Shown here piece after piece: positions 18,681 to 29,646 of a stretch of DNA of 64,000 nt; position 1 is the stretch's first letter, and each line of letters begins with the position of its first letter. This DNA comes from Candidatus Heimdallarchaeota archaeon (lineage in GTDB: Archaea > Asgardarchaeota > Heimdallarchaeia > Hodarchaeales > Hodarchaeaceae): positions 1 through 64,000 of the forward strand of contig RDOB01000007.1 of NCBI GenBank assembly GCA_011364965.1, read 5' to 3'. A program made the position numbers and the translations under genes. The notes under the pieces are model-generated. The model did not search any database and was not told where the DNA came from. It worked only from the letters and a program-made list of their open reading frames with translations.

Positions 18681-20889
18681 AAGAGTTATGAACGATCAAC
18701 CCATCATATTCGGTCTTGATATATTTTCTCAAGCTAATAGGGGAAATAAAAAATCTTCCTTGTATTCTCTTGTTGTTTTAAAGGACAGCCATATAGATAA
18801 ATATCAAAAGTTGAACAAGAGATCAGTTTATCGTAAAATTAAAGATATTCAACCTGATTTCATTGCTCTCGATAATATCTTTGAACTTGCTCCAAATGCA
18901 CTTGGGGTCATTCGATTTTTAAGGATAATACCCCCTAGATCTCAACTTGTTCAAGTTACTGGAAATCCAAGAATAGGGATGGAAAAAATCCCAAATTTGG
19001 TGAAAAAACACCATTTAAAGTCATTATTATCTTTTAATTACAATTCTCAGAAGTTGAATGCCCTGGAAACCGCTGAAGTATGTGCTAGATTATGTCAGAT
19101 GCGTGTAGGGTATGAAGTCATTGCATTTGAAGAAGATATCAGGATTGTTATTTCAGCTAAAAGAAAACATGGTCGTGGAGGGTGGTCTGCTCCTCGGTAT
19201 GAAAGATTGAGTAAAAATGCTGTACAACAAGCAGCAAGTGAAGTAGGAAATATCTTACAGAATCAAGATATGAGTTGGGAATCATTTGAATATCCTAAAA
19301 GGCGTGTTTTTATATTAGGAGTTGAAAGAGAACAAATATCATTACTAAATTCAGCTTTAAAACCCCTTAACACTGATTCAGTCAAAGTTATCCTAGAGAG
19401 AATTTCAAAATCTTCACTTGACTTTCAACCTCTTGATGTTTCACTTGCTCCTTCCTCGCATTCATTACGAAATATAGTCTTGGGTATTGATCCTGGAACA
19501 ACTACAGGAATAGCTGTTGTAGATCTGACCCGGGGTAATGTTTTATATCTTGGTTCTAGACGGGAATGTGGATTATCTGAAATTATACGAATTGCATCAA
19601 AATTTGGAAAAATTACATGCGTGGCAGCTGATGTTATTCCAGTACCCTCCACTGTAGAGAAGATCGCAAAGATAACAGGCGCTAAAATTAAATCACCATC
19701 CTCTCTTGCTTCTGCAACAACAAAACGCGAATTTTTAAATAATTATAAAGATTTAACAATAGATTTTGGACATCTGAATTCCCATGAAAGAGATGCACTT
19801 TTTGGGGCCATCAAAGCGCATAATTCGCTAAAAGAGCAGACTAATAAGATAGAACGTGTTCTTCAATCTTCTTATCCCCATTTATTAACTCAAGCGTCCG
19901 AAATCCAAAGATTAGTACTTTCTGGTAACAGTATAACCAATGCAATTGAAGTTATTCAAGAGAAAACAAAATTAAGAGAAGAATTAGTAGTTGAAACTGA
20001 CCAAGATCAGTTAACAAGACCGTTTCAGAGAGAAATTGATGTTTTACATGTGAAAATAGACGTTTTATATGAAGAATTAGATAAGCTGGAAAAAGAAGTT
20101 AATTATTGGAGAAAAGATTCAAAGAAACAAGCAATTGAATCTAAAAATTGGAAAGATAGGTTTGAACAAGAACGGTTACGCTTCTCCCGGATTCAACATC
20201 AAAAAATAGATGAAGCTGTTCAACGAGAAGTTGATCGAATTATAGAAGAAAATCAGGCAATTCGACGTCAACTTCGGAAAAATGAAGAAGAAATGGAAAA
20301 ACTCAAGCAGATCAAAAATTTTTGGGTTCAAGGGAGAGAGATGCCATTAAAAGTACTCAAATCTTTTTCAAATGTAGCTATTCGCGAAACTGAAATGAAT
20401 TATGGCTTGAATGAGGGAGATATTGTATTAGTTTTAGATCCAAGCGGTGGGGGGTCTCAAACCGCTTTAAAGCTTATTGATTTAGGAGTTAGAGGCATTA
20501 TTGCCCCTAAAAATGCTCCCAATTTTAGTGATCAGGCTCTTCTACAGTTTACTACAAATTGTGTTCCATTTCTTCAGTTGCCAATGGAAGAGTTCTCAAC
20601 TATCAACCAAATTCACAGTTCAGATGAACTAAAAGTGTGGGTTTATGATGAACTTTATCTTACTGACATCTCGGTCAAGGAAGAAATAAGAAAACAGGAG
20701 TTAAAGCTACAAGAAGAATTACGTAGAAAAAAACGGATTGAACGCTCTATAGAGGAATCATTAAAGAATAAAAATATTGAAAATGTCGAGGATATAGAAA
20801 AAATTCTTGAAGAGTTTCGAGATGCATATATTATACAACACAGCGAGGATATTGAGCGATATCGGCCTTCAGTTGAAGAGGAAGAATAA
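18670..20889 (+). CDS. DUF460 protein (RNase H-like domains plus coiled coil, COG2433-like)
   Basis: IFGLDI, ALDNIFEL, GRGGWS, LGIDPGTTTGIA, HERDAL, DPSGGG. Confidence 0.85.
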   Translation: MPSERVMNDQPIIFGLDIFSQANRGNKKSSLYSLVVLKDSHIDKYQKLNKRSVYRKIKDIQPDFIALDNIFELAPNALGVIRFLRIIPPRSQLVQVTGNPRIGMEKIPNLVKKHHLKSLLSFNYNSQKLNALETAEVCARLCQMRVGYEVIAFEEDIRIVISAKRKHGRGGWSAPRYERLSKNAVQQAASEVGNILQNQDMSWESFEYPKRRVFILGVEREQISLLNSALKPLNTDSVKVILERISKSSLDFQPLDVSLAPSSHSLRNIVLGIDPGTTTGIAVVDLTRGNVLYLGSRRECGLSEIIRIASKFGKITCVAADVIPVPSTVEKIAKITGAKIKSPSSLASATTKREFLNNYKDLTIDFGHLNSHERDALFGAIKAHNSLKEQTNKIERVLQSSYPHLLTQASEIQRLVLSGNSITNAIEVIQEKTKLREELVVETDQDQLTRPFQREIDVLHVKIDVLYEELDKLEKEVNYWRKDSKKQAIESKNWKDRFEQERLRFSRIQHQKIDEAVQREVDRIIEENQAIRRQLRKNEEEMEKLKQIKNFWVQGREMPLKVLKSFSNVAIRETEMNYGLNEGDIVLVLDPSGGGSQTALKLIDLGVRGIIAPKNAPNFSDQALLQFTTNCVPFLQLPMEEFSTINQIHSSDELKVWVYDELYLTDISVKEEIRKQELKLQEELRRKKRIERSIEESLKNKNIENVEDIEKILEEFRDAYIIQHSEDIERYRPSVEEEE

Positions 20890-20979
20890 TAAAAAAGAAA
20901 GAAAGAAACCTTTTTAGAAAGACCGAGAAAAGGGTTCCTTCAAGCAGAATTCTATTCATCTACAATGAGGTAATGAAAG

Positions 20980-21201
20980 ATGTCACAGCCCCTACAAAGA
21001 CTTGAAAAATGTGTTGGAAAAATAATTCATGTCCGTTTAAAGAGTAACCAACAGTACACAGGCCGTCTTAGAATCACTGATCAATATATGAATTTAATTT
21101 TGGAAGATTGCTCCGAATTAAGTAAAGAAGGAAAAATTACAAAACGTTATGGGCAAGCATTTCTTCGGGGGAATAATATTTTATTCATAAAGGTCGATTA
21201 A
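20980..21201 (+). CDS. Sm-like (LSm) protein
   Basis: Sm1 GRLRITDQYMNLILED; Sm2 FLRGNNILFI. Confidence 0.95.
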   Translation: MSQPLQRLEKCVGKIIHVRLKSNQQYTGRLRITDQYMNLILEDCSELSKEGKITKRYGQAFLRGNNILFIKVD

Positions 21202-21285
21202 TACCAAAATCTGAGCATTCAAAGAATTATAGGGAGAATTTGAATTCCCGATATTCTTTTCAACAAGAGATGTAGGTAGGGATCT

Positions 21286-22008
21286 ATGGTAAACACAAAG
21301 CTAATACCAGTTGGAATTCCTGTAATAGACGAGCTAATAGTCGGTTTTCCCAGAGATGCACTGATTCTAGTTATTGGAGATCCAGGATCAGGTTTTTTAA
21401 CATTTCTCCATCAATTACTTGTTCAATGTTCGAATCGTGGAGGACTAGTTCTTTACACCTCCTTAGATCGAACAGCTCAAGAAATCAAATCAGACCTTGA
21501 AGCTTTTAACTGGGATCTAGATAAGCTAGGATGGAATTTTTTCGATATAAGCCCTTCTACGAGGAAAAAACAAACAAAAACACTCACTTGGGATTCAGAT
21601 GCAGTTAATGTAGTATCTCACGATCTTTTTCGTCGTATTAGTAGCATGAAAGAAAAACACCCAGGAGAGAGCGTGAATTCTATAATCAATTCATTAACAT
21701 ATATGCTTGTTCAATCAAACACAAGACCTGTTTTACGGTTTTTAAATGAATTTTCAGCATTAATCAAAGGTACAAATGGATGGCACTTTCTCACGATGGT
21801 TCGAGGTGTCCATGGAAAAGAGACAGAAAACCTATTTTCTCATTATAGCGATGTTGTATTAGAATTTGCAATGACTTTAAACACAGAAACGCGACTATAT
21901 GAACGAGTATTAGGGATAAAGAAGCTCCTAGGGGTAGATTCTCGCGTATTTCCGATTGAATATGATCGAACTGGAATTCGTCCAATAACAACCTCTAAAA
22001 TTCAATAA
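21286..22008 (+). CDS. KaiC/RAD55-like RecA-fold protein with degenerate Walker motifs
   Basis: IPVGIPVIDELI.GFP, GDPGSGFLT, IINSLT, RVLGIKKL.G. Confidence 0.8.
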   Translation: MVNTKLIPVGIPVIDELIVGFPRDALILVIGDPGSGFLTFLHQLLVQCSNRGGLVLYTSLDRTAQEIKSDLEAFNWDLDKLGWNFFDISPSTRKKQTKTLTWDSDAVNVVSHDLFRRISSMKEKHPGESVNSIINSLTYMLVQSNTRPVLRFLNEFSALIKGTNGWHFLTMVRGVHGKETENLFSHYSDVVLEFAMTLNTETRLYERVLGIKKLLGVDSRVFPIEYDRTGIRPITTSKIQ

Positions 22009-22987
22009 TCTCTTTCATTATTTCATTTTGTCTAGATTTAATGATTTCGGGATCAATTTCCCAACAAAATCTTCTCTGTTCCAAAAGTAATGAGGTGGCA
22101 GCAGTGGCAAATGAAATAGCTTCTTTTTCATTTTGATGGAATGTGAGATAAATAACATATAAATAAAGAAACATGTCACCTGCACCTGTTTCATCTAATA
22201 TTCGTCCTTTCGTATAAGCTGGTACTGATAATAACTCGACTTCTCCGTTGAGGCGCTTATATCCAAATATAACCCCTTTATTTCCTCGTGTAATTAATAT
22301 AGAATCTATAAAATCTTCTAATAAATTATATATTGTTTCAATAGAGTTTTCACCATTATCTAATAATTTTGATTCAAATTCAGAAACTTTAAGACAATTT
22401 ATCTGAGATAGGATATCAGGATTAAACCATTTTATATATTCTATTTCGTTTTTTGAGTTCAACCTTCGAAAACAACCCTGTGGATCAAAAGCCACATATG
22501 AACACTGCTCTCGAAGAAATTTGAAAATTGAGGGTGAGTTAAATTCATCAAAGACTGACCCGATGATAGCAATTGGTGAGACAGAAAAATCCCAGGAGAA
22601 GTCCTGAGGACTAAATTGAATTGGTGGATTAGTCATATACAATGTTCGTTCATGGTTTTCTAGATATTCAAGACGAAAATTAGGACATCTTTGACGAAGA
22701 ATGAGATTTTCTGAAATTTTAGAAAAGGATTCAATCTTTTTTACCATTGCTGTAGCCCTTGGACATATATATGAATACAATATTGGAATTGGAATCCATT
22801 GATATGCTTTAGCGAAAGTATATGCTACAGTACCCGAAAAAGAAGGAGGGCCTCCTAAAAGAATCTTATTGGAGACTGATGGTTTCTCAGATATAGGAAT
22901 TTCTTTGGTATTTTTGAGTATGACTTCATCTAAAACAACTTGTCCCAATATAACAGTATTTAGATTTGTATGCATCAATAATCCCAT
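21995..22987 (-). CDS. PfkB-family carbohydrate kinase
   Basis: LGGPP, FDPQG, LKVSEFE, ITRGNKG, DETGAGDMF. Confidence 0.85.
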   Translation of the reverse strand: MGLLMHTNLNTVILGQVVLDEVILKNTKEIPISEKPSVSNKILLGGPPSFSGTVAYTFAKAYQWIPIPILYSYICPRATAMVKKIESFSKISENLILRQRCPNFRLEYLENHERTLYMTNPPIQFSPQDFSWDFSVSPIAIIGSVFDEFNSPSIFKFLREQCSYVAFDPQGCFRRLNSKNEIEYIKWFNPDILSQINCLKVSEFESKLLDNGENSIETIYNLLEDFIDSILITRGNKGVIFGYKRLNGEVELLSVPAYTKGRILDETGAGDMFLYLYVIYLTFHQNEKEAISFATAATSLLLEQRRFCWEIDPEIIKSRQNEIMKEIIEF

Positions 22988-23258
22988 AAAAACGTGGTAG
23001 AAGATATTTTCTAGTTGTTTTTAAGTCTTTGATGTTCAGAAGGACTATGGTGGAATATTCTCATTCAGCTGTTTCACGTTGAATAATTGATGATTCAATA
23101 ATTCAAAATTTAGTAAGGTTAATAATGGAACCACTTGTTAGTTTTCTCATATAGATGTTATAAGCGAAACAAAGTACAAATCAAATATAGGTTAATTATA
23201 AGAAATAGAATGTTCAATAACTTGAAAATAAACATTCAATATATCTGAAGGTGAAAAA

Positions 23259-23693
23259 ATGGCTTTTGCGCTTACTGTGGAACAAAAGAAAAAACTTATT
23301 AAGCTATTACAGGAAATTGTGCGTTACGCTGATCTAGAAGCATTAGCACTTGTTACTAGAACTGGAATGAGCGTTGCTTTCTTCTCTGAAAAAGATGCTG
23401 ATCCTGATTTATTCTCTGCTTTATCAGCTGCAGTTTTATCAACAGGTGGGATGGTTGTGGATAGAATGGATCATGGGCATTTATGGGAAGTCTTAGTTCG
23501 TGGAGAAAAAGGTTATACCGTGCTTAGTTCCGCTGAAGATTTCATTCTTATAGGTGCTTCTAATGAAGCGCATTCCTTGGGATTAGCTATTAGGGTTTTG
23601 CGTCGTTACAGTCGAAAAATTCCCGAAATCTTTAAAGAAGAGGAGAAAGACATTTCAAGTCTTGTTTCCGAATTGAAAGATTTATTAAGTTAA
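23259..23693 (+). CDS. Roadblock/LC7 domain protein
   Basis: ALVTRTG...FSALSAAVLSTG...VLVRGEKGYTVL...SLGL pattern. Confidence 0.85.
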   Translation: MAFALTVEQKKKLIKLLQEIVRYADLEALALVTRTGMSVAFFSEKDADPDLFSALSAAVLSTGGMVVDRMDHGHLWEVLVRGEKGYTVLSSAEDFILIGASNEAHSLGLAIRVLRRYSRKIPEIFKEEEKDISSLVSELKDLLS

Positions 23694-23766
23694 GCTTGGA
23701 CGCAGAAACGTCCGAAATTTTTCCTTCTTTCTCTTTATATGGGCTAAGCGACCTCAAGTGTGAAAA

Positions 23767-24414
23767 ATGATCCCCAAATTTCTTTTTATTTTCTTAATCG
23801 ATATATTTTTTTTCCTAATATTGGGAACAACTAATGCCTTTTTGTTACTACTAAGTTTAATACCTTGGACTATTAGTCTATATGTTATCCTTTCATACCC
23901 TGGTTTTCGTTTTGGAGCAGATAACCAGTTACTTGAGCTAGCAGGTAAATTATTCTGGACAGGGAATGGAGTAGTTCAGGGAACGATATTAACCATATTG
24001 AACATAACAATTGGCATTATTCTGATTCCTGATTCAGCTTTACAGCAATTTGAATCAACTTTTGGATTATTTTCATCCACATTCATTTTCTTCATATTAC
24101 CTTTTCCTGCATTTATTATTTTAAATCTTCAAACTAAGAACCAAGAGTTTCTGTATACCTTGATCTATCAAGAGATAGTGAGAATGGATGAAACTCCTCC
24201 ATTCGTTGAATTAACCGCTCAACTGATTTCTTCAAAGCAAAAGTATACCGAGGAATATGCTCAACAGGTCGAGAAAGTCATCTCTGAAGCGTCTAATTAT
24301 CTTGAAAGAAATTTCCCTGAACTGGTAGCTTTTTATGACAGAACAAAAAGATTCAGTCTGAATATAGAAAATCTAGCTATCTTTATTACGAAACAAACTC
24401 TAGGTCTTCCTTAA
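23767..24414 (+). CDS. Hypothetical membrane protein
   Basis: About 4 hydrophobic segments followed by a soluble tail. Confidence 0.6.
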   Translation: MIPKFLFIFLIDIFFFLILGTTNAFLLLLSLIPWTISLYVILSYPGFRFGADNQLLELAGKLFWTGNGVVQGTILTILNITIGIILIPDSALQQFESTFGLFSSTFIFFILPFPAFIILNLQTKNQEFLYTLIYQEIVRMDETPPFVELTAQLISSKQKYTEEYAQQVEKVISEASNYLERNFPELVAFYDRTKRFSLNIENLAIFITKQTLGLP

Positions 24415-24575
24415 AGTTCTGAAAAGGAAAAAGAACAAGATTCATGAGGTATAATGAACAAATAATCTTAGAAGATAATATTTTAATAGACTCTAATTAA
24501 ACCTCATCGGGTAAGAAACTTCCCAAAAACGAGTAAATTATACTATTTTAGTTTGAATTTCATGGTGTGTACTCA

Positions 24576-24851
24576 ATGGCTAAAAAACGAAAATCTGGTG
24601 GCAGATCAAAGGGTGGTAAAGGTAATCTTGGTAAGGTACAATGTTCTTCATGCGGGAGATTAGTTCCCAGAGATAAAGCAAAACGAAAAACGAGTTACAA
24701 AACCCTTGTTGACTTTGCAATAGGTAAAGAATTGAGACAATCAGGAACGCATATAGCACGAGTCCCATTTGTCAAGTATTACTGTGTTTCATGTGCTATT
24801 CACAGACACCATGTCAAAATTCGTTCCGAAGATGATCGCAAATCACGATAA
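24576..24851 (+). CDS. rps26e: Ribosomal protein eS26
   Basis: MAKKRKSGGRSKG, VQCSSCGRLVPRDKA, YCVSCAIH. Confidence 0.97.
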   Translation: MAKKRKSGGRSKGGKGNLGKVQCSSCGRLVPRDKAKRKTSYKTLVDFAIGKELRQSGTHIARVPFVKYYCVSCAIHRHHVKIRSEDDRKSR

Positions 24852-24950
24852 TCAGTTCACTACTTTTTAACATCTCATAATCTCCTCAATGTTTGAAAGA
24901 CTGAGTTTCCATTGAATGAATCATATTAATTTATATGATGTATTAATGAG

Positions 24951-26045
24951 GTGAGGATTATGCTTTATTTCATATTCCTTACACGTCGATGCAATTTGGT
25001 ATGTACATATTGCGGTCAATCAAATACTCCTACTGATTCGATGGTTCAAGAGATCACGTACTCAATGCAAGATCTTCTGAAATTCTTAAAGCTCGACCCA
25101 GATCCAATTATTGCATTTTATGGAGGAGAACCGCTTCTTAATATTGAGAAATTACTTCAGATTATGAATAGACTTCCTCACGCTAAGTTTCTTATCCAAA
25201 CAAATGGTCTACATTTGAATAAAGTACCTTGGAACTTTTTGAATCAGGTGAATTCAATCCTAGTCAGTATAGATGGAACAGCAGCAACAACAGATTATTA
25301 TCGCGGGAGAAGCATTTATCGGAAAATTATCACAAATGTTAATGAAATCTCAAAACGTGGATTTTCCGGAGATCTAATTGCTCGTATGACAATATCAACT
25401 CATACTGATATTTTTAAAGATGTTACACATCTTTTATTATTAGAAAATCCCCATTTCGATCATATCCACTGGCAATTGGATATGATCTGGAGTGATAAAA
25501 CTCAGTATGGAGATCTAAATAACTGGATCAGGAATTATAATAAAGGAATAACCCAGTTAGTTGATTTGTGGATGGAAAAAATTCGAAATGAGCAATTTGT
25601 ATTTGGGATTGTCCCTTTTATTGGTATTACAAGCAGTCTTTTGAAAAAAACCAAATCTTCGTTACGATGTGGTGCAGGTCTTGATGCTTTTGCAATTCAA
25701 ACAGATGGAAGCATTTATGCCTGTCCAGTATGTCCTGAATTCAAGGATTTTAAAGTGGGATCTATCTACACATCTAAACCCTCAGAAATAGAAAATAGTA
25801 TGTCCATAAAACCTCCCTGTTTAGAATGTGAAGAATATCTTATTTGTGGAGGTCGATGTCTTTTCACAAATCACCATAACTTTTGGGGGGAGGATTTTCA
25901 TCTCGTTTGCAGTACTGTGAAACATCTAATAAATGAACTGAAAAGGATTGAGCCAGAAATCAGGCAAATGATCAAAGAGAAAATCTTGTTAGAAAAGCAG
26001 TTTAATTATCCTGAGTTCAATAATTCTTGTGAAATAATTCCTTAA
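24951..26045 (+). CDS. Radical SAM/SPASM protein (archaeal AF0577-like)
   Basis: CNLVCTYC, FYGGEPLL, RCGAG...CPVC, CLEC...CGGRC, C-terminal SCEIIP. Confidence 0.9.
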   Translation: MRIMLYFIFLTRRCNLVCTYCGQSNTPTDSMVQEITYSMQDLLKFLKLDPDPIIAFYGGEPLLNIEKLLQIMNRLPHAKFLIQTNGLHLNKVPWNFLNQVNSILVSIDGTAATTDYYRGRSIYRKIITNVNEISKRGFSGDLIARMTISTHTDIFKDVTHLLLLENPHFDHIHWQLDMIWSDKTQYGDLNNWIRNYNKGITQLVDLWMEKIRNEQFVFGIVPFIGITSSLLKKTKSSLRCGAGLDAFAIQTDGSIYACPVCPEFKDFKVGSIYTSKPSEIENSMSIKPPCLECEEYLICGGRCLFTNHHNFWGEDFHLVCSTVKHLINELKRIEPEIRQMIKEKILLEKQFNYPEFNNSCEIIP

Positions 26046-26131
26046 ATACTAAAATTCCCCACAAATATATAAAGGTAATATCATACGGATATAAATAAAC
26101 AGCAAGAGTTAGTAATTCATTTCAACATTTA

Positions 26132-26206
26132 GGATCCGTGGCTCAGCATGGATAGAGCGTCTGCCTTCGGAGCAGAATGTCGTGGGTTCAAATCCCTCCG
26201 GATCCG
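26132..26206 (+). tRNA. tRNA-Arg(TCG)
   Basis: Cloverleaf GGATCCG/CGGATCC; anticodon arm TCTGC-CTTCGGA-GCAGA; TTCAAAT T-loop. Confidence 0.95.
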
Positions 26207-26361
26207 TGTATTTTTTTCCTCAAATATAGCTAAAATTCCTCTAAAAGAATCTTAAAATAATTATTTCTGTCGAAAATGAATATTACCTTCATATAATGAC
26301 TTTAGGATCCCCATAGAAATATTTGGTTAAAAAAGGAAGAGGAAGTAAAACTTACGGTAAG

Positions 26362-28797
26362 TCAAAGCTTATCATAATATTCATCTGCTTGTGGAGGCAG
26401 TGGATTATGGAATCCTTTTCGCTTTCGCGTTTCTTCGACAAATTTTCTTGCCAATCCTCCACCTTGCTCTTCAGGTTTAGATGGATTTCCAGGTACTTTC
26501 TCCCAATGATTGAATACCATTTGTGAAAATGCAAATCCCGATGTTTCAGATCTAAGCTCAGTAGTAATCCCAAATGACTCCGTAACTGGCACTTCACCTA
26601 CTATAATATTAAGGGGGGTTCCTTCGCGTTTGGTTGTGTCTATGACTTTACCTCTTCGTTTCGTAATGACTTTATAGACATTACCAAGATAAGTTTCCGG
26701 TACTTGCACTTGAATTTTATAAATCGGTTCTAATAAAATTGGCTCTGCTAATAACATAGCACCAAAGCACGCTCGGCGAGAAACAGGCATAATTTGCCCT
26801 GCTCCCCTGTGAACTGGATCTTCATGGAGTTTCACATCTTCGATCATGAATTTAATGCCATAAAATGGTTCTCCACAGAGAGGACCTTCTTTTGCAGCCC
26901 AGCGGAATCCCTGCACAATATAATCCTTAACTTCACGTAGATATTGAACACCTTTTGTATAATCAACATAGAAGTTCGGATCATCCTCTTCAGGCCCAAG
27001 AGCCCAGACTTTCCTTCCAATTTTGGAATCCCAATTTGCAAATTCACTTAGGAGTCTTCCCATTTCTTTTCTATCAGTATATTGATTAATTTCTGCTTTT
27101 TCAACTAATTTAATAGCAGCGGGTTCAAGAGGTTCAGCTCTAATCCATAATCTGTTGTGTTTGTTTGGAGATTTAGCTAATGCCTGCTGAGAAGACGCAG
27201 CTTGAACTGATTCACGAAAAACGACGATTGGATCACTTTGTGTGACTTCAATGTTCTGAAGATCTTGTAAGTCCTTAACTGCAATTTCTAAGTGCAACTC
27301 TCCAGTTCCTGAAAGAAGAAATTCTCCAGTTTCTTCGTTGACTTTGGTTCTCAATGAAGGGTCAACAAGTTCCATTAGCTGCAATCCTTCTGCTAGCTTA
27401 GGCAAGTCACTTGGCGATTTTGCTTCTATTGCAATAGTTACAACTGGTTCTACTGCATAGGAGAGCGCGCTAAAAGGAATAGTGTCATCTAAAGTAGTTA
27501 TCGTACTACTTGCAGTTGCTCCTCGTAAACCTTGAAGTGCAACAATATTGCCTGCGGGGATGCCTTCTACTTTTTCAGTCTTCGCTCCCATCAGCATAGA
27601 TACTTGTTGTACATTGGTAACAAAGACTCTTTCTTTGCTTCCAGATTTGTAACCTGGTAGGAGAACTGTTATCCTTTGACCAGCTTTTATTGTTCCAGAA
27701 AAGACTCTCCCCATTCCAATGATTCTTTTTGCTCGTCCTGGTATCATTTTAGAAAGTGCAATCATTACCGGTCCATCTTTATCGCATTCTAGTAAAGCTT
27801 TCCCTATATTACTCTCCAGATCACCACGCCAGAAGCTTTTACATCTATATTTTTGTGCAATTAGAGGAGAAGGACAAAATTGAACAACCATGTCTAATAC
27901 TGCTTTTTCAACAGGAAGCCATTTTTCTAAAAGTGCTTTTGCAATTCTTTTTGGTGGTTCCAGCCATACAGATTCATCTAATCGTAATCCTAGTTGCGTT
28001 CCAACCTTTTTGAGGGAGTCAATATCTCCAGTTTCAGCTTTTTCGTAGATTTCATAAGCTGGTTTAAGGACTCCATTCACGAAATTGTTTTTGATCCAGA
28101 GATTTTTGATTAAAACATCAATTGGTTGACCAGTTTTTTCGTGCCAAATCTCTGCAAGAGCTGGTATAGTTAAACCAAATCTGTGAATAGCAGATCCAAA
28201 AGCCACCGTTCCTTGACGTGGATCCACTCGCCATTCTTGTTTGAATTCTTTAGGAGCATATGTTTCAATTAATGTATTGAATTCTTTTATGATTTTCTTG
28301 AATTGTTCATAGGCATCTTCTGGGTTCATTCGCATTTCAGTAATTAATCGGTCAACTTTATTGATAATTAAAACAGGTCGAACTCTTTCTGCAAGTGCTT
28401 GCTGAGTAACTACTTCTGTTTGAACCATAACTCCTTCAACAGCGTCAACAACAACTAGAGCACCATCTACAACACGTAAAGCAGAAGTTACTTCTCCAGA
28501 AAAATCTACGTGTCCTGGAGTATCTTGTAAGTTAATTAAGTATGTTTTATCTTTTAAATCATGAACTAAAGAAATTCCTGTTGTTTTAATAGTAATTCCT
28601 CGTTCCTGTTCGTCCTCTCTGGTATCAGTAGCTCTTGCTTCTCCTGCTACCTTTTCTGCTAGGAGACCACTTGCTGCAAGCAGGGAATCAGTAAGAGTGG
28701 ACTTCCCATGGTCGATGTGAGCAATTATTCCTAGGTTGCGGACTAAATCTCTATTATAAGTTAATTTCTGTGCTTCTTCTACTGTAAATTTTGTCAT
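26362..28797 (-). CDS. fusA: Elongation factor 2, eukaryote-like form
   Basis: AHIDHGKSTLTDSL, DTPGHVDF, NKVD, GELHLE; diphthamide loop HEDPVHRG. Confidence 0.97.
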   Translation of the reverse strand: MTKFTVEEAQKLTYNRDLVRNLGIIAHIDHGKSTLTDSLLAASGLLAEKVAGEARATDTREDEQERGITIKTTGISLVHDLKDKTYLINLQDTPGHVDFSGEVTSALRVVDGALVVVDAVEGVMVQTEVVTQQALAERVRPVLIINKVDRLITEMRMNPEDAYEQFKKIIKEFNTLIETYAPKEFKQEWRVDPRQGTVAFGSAIHRFGLTIPALAEIWHEKTGQPIDVLIKNLWIKNNFVNGVLKPAYEIYEKAETGDIDSLKKVGTQLGLRLDESVWLEPPKRIAKALLEKWLPVEKAVLDMVVQFCPSPLIAQKYRCKSFWRGDLESNIGKALLECDKDGPVMIALSKMIPGRAKRIIGMGRVFSGTIKAGQRITVLLPGYKSGSKERVFVTNVQQVSMLMGAKTEKVEGIPAGNIVALQGLRGATASSTITTLDDTIPFSALSYAVEPVVTIAIEAKSPSDLPKLAEGLQLMELVDPSLRTKVNEETGEFLLSGTGELHLEIAVKDLQDLQNIEVTQSDPIVVFRESVQAASSQQALAKSPNKHNRLWIRAEPLEPAAIKLVEKAEINQYTDRKEMGRLLSEFANWDSKIGRKVWALGPEEDDPNFYVDYTKGVQYLREVKDYIVQGFRWAAKEGPLCGEPFYGIKFMIEDVKLHEDPVHRGAGQIMPVSRRACFGAMLLAEPILLEPIYKIQVQVPETYLGNVYKVITKRRGKVIDTTKREGTPLNIIVGEVPVTESFGITTELRSETSGFAFSQMVFNHWEKVPGNPSKPEEQGGGLARKFVEETRKRKGFHNPLPPQADEYYDKL

Positions 28798-29167
28798 GTG
28801 GACACTCTCCAGAAAAAATAACCGTCAATTGTTACCATTAGCAATTTAATTCGTTCAGTTTCCATATATGGCTGAATAATTATGAAATTACATCTTGAAG
28901 GTCTCAATATCGTCAATCAAAGATTTTTAAGAATTAGATATTAGCACTTCTATGTATTGATAATCATGTCTAGTAGCTTTGCTAGGCAAATAGAATCGAA
29001 AAATATAATTAAATTAGAGAGGAATCAATTTAATTAACTATATTCCTGTTGCGTTCAAATTTAACATTATTCATACTCTATCAATTGCTTTCATTCTGAA
29101 TAGAGGAAAATATTATAGTTGGAAAATAGAGAGTCAGATTTTTGAAATTAGCATAATAAAGCGAAGA

Positions 29168-29416
29168 GTGATGGTTTGGAGAATGTCAATTGATAAGGAG
29201 AAAGTAAATCAAATTTTATTAGAATTTCAACAAATCTTAAAGGAATACCGTCCTAATACTTCAGAACTACAACTTATTAATAAAAAAATTACTCAAATGA
29301 CCGTTAGAAATGTTAATAAGACAGTTTCCAAGGGGTATCCAAATCAAAAACAAGTTTCTGAGGAAAGAAAAACCCCACAGTCCCCTAAAAAATGGCATAA
29401 AATCAAAGTTGAATAA
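29168..29416 (+). CDS. Small hypothetical protein
   Basis: Only ORF in the gap; no recognisable motif. Confidence 0.4.
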   Translation: MMVWRMSIDKEKVNQILLEFQQILKEYRPNTSELQLINKKITQMTVRNVNKTVSKGYPNQKQVSEERKTPQSPKKWHKIKVE

Positions 29417-29646
29417 TTTTAAGAGAAAAATAAGTTTGAAAAAAATCTAGCCATTTTTATTTGAATATACTTTATAATTTAAAAATTTGAGAAGAATAAG
29501 CCAAATTGGATAGGATTTCTTTTAATAGAATTCTATATTCCTGTCAGATTATAAGCACTTCATTCTACCTGAATCCTAAATAATAAAAAACACCATTAAA
29601 ATTGGAGCAAAACAATAATCGAATTATTTTTAGAAGGAATCAACAC

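Noticed and set aside
27289-27299. 11-nt complement (TAAGTGCAACT) of the first sRNA's D guide inside the EF-2 gene
   Set aside because: It is on the non-coding strand, so the mRNA has the same sense as the guide; probably chance
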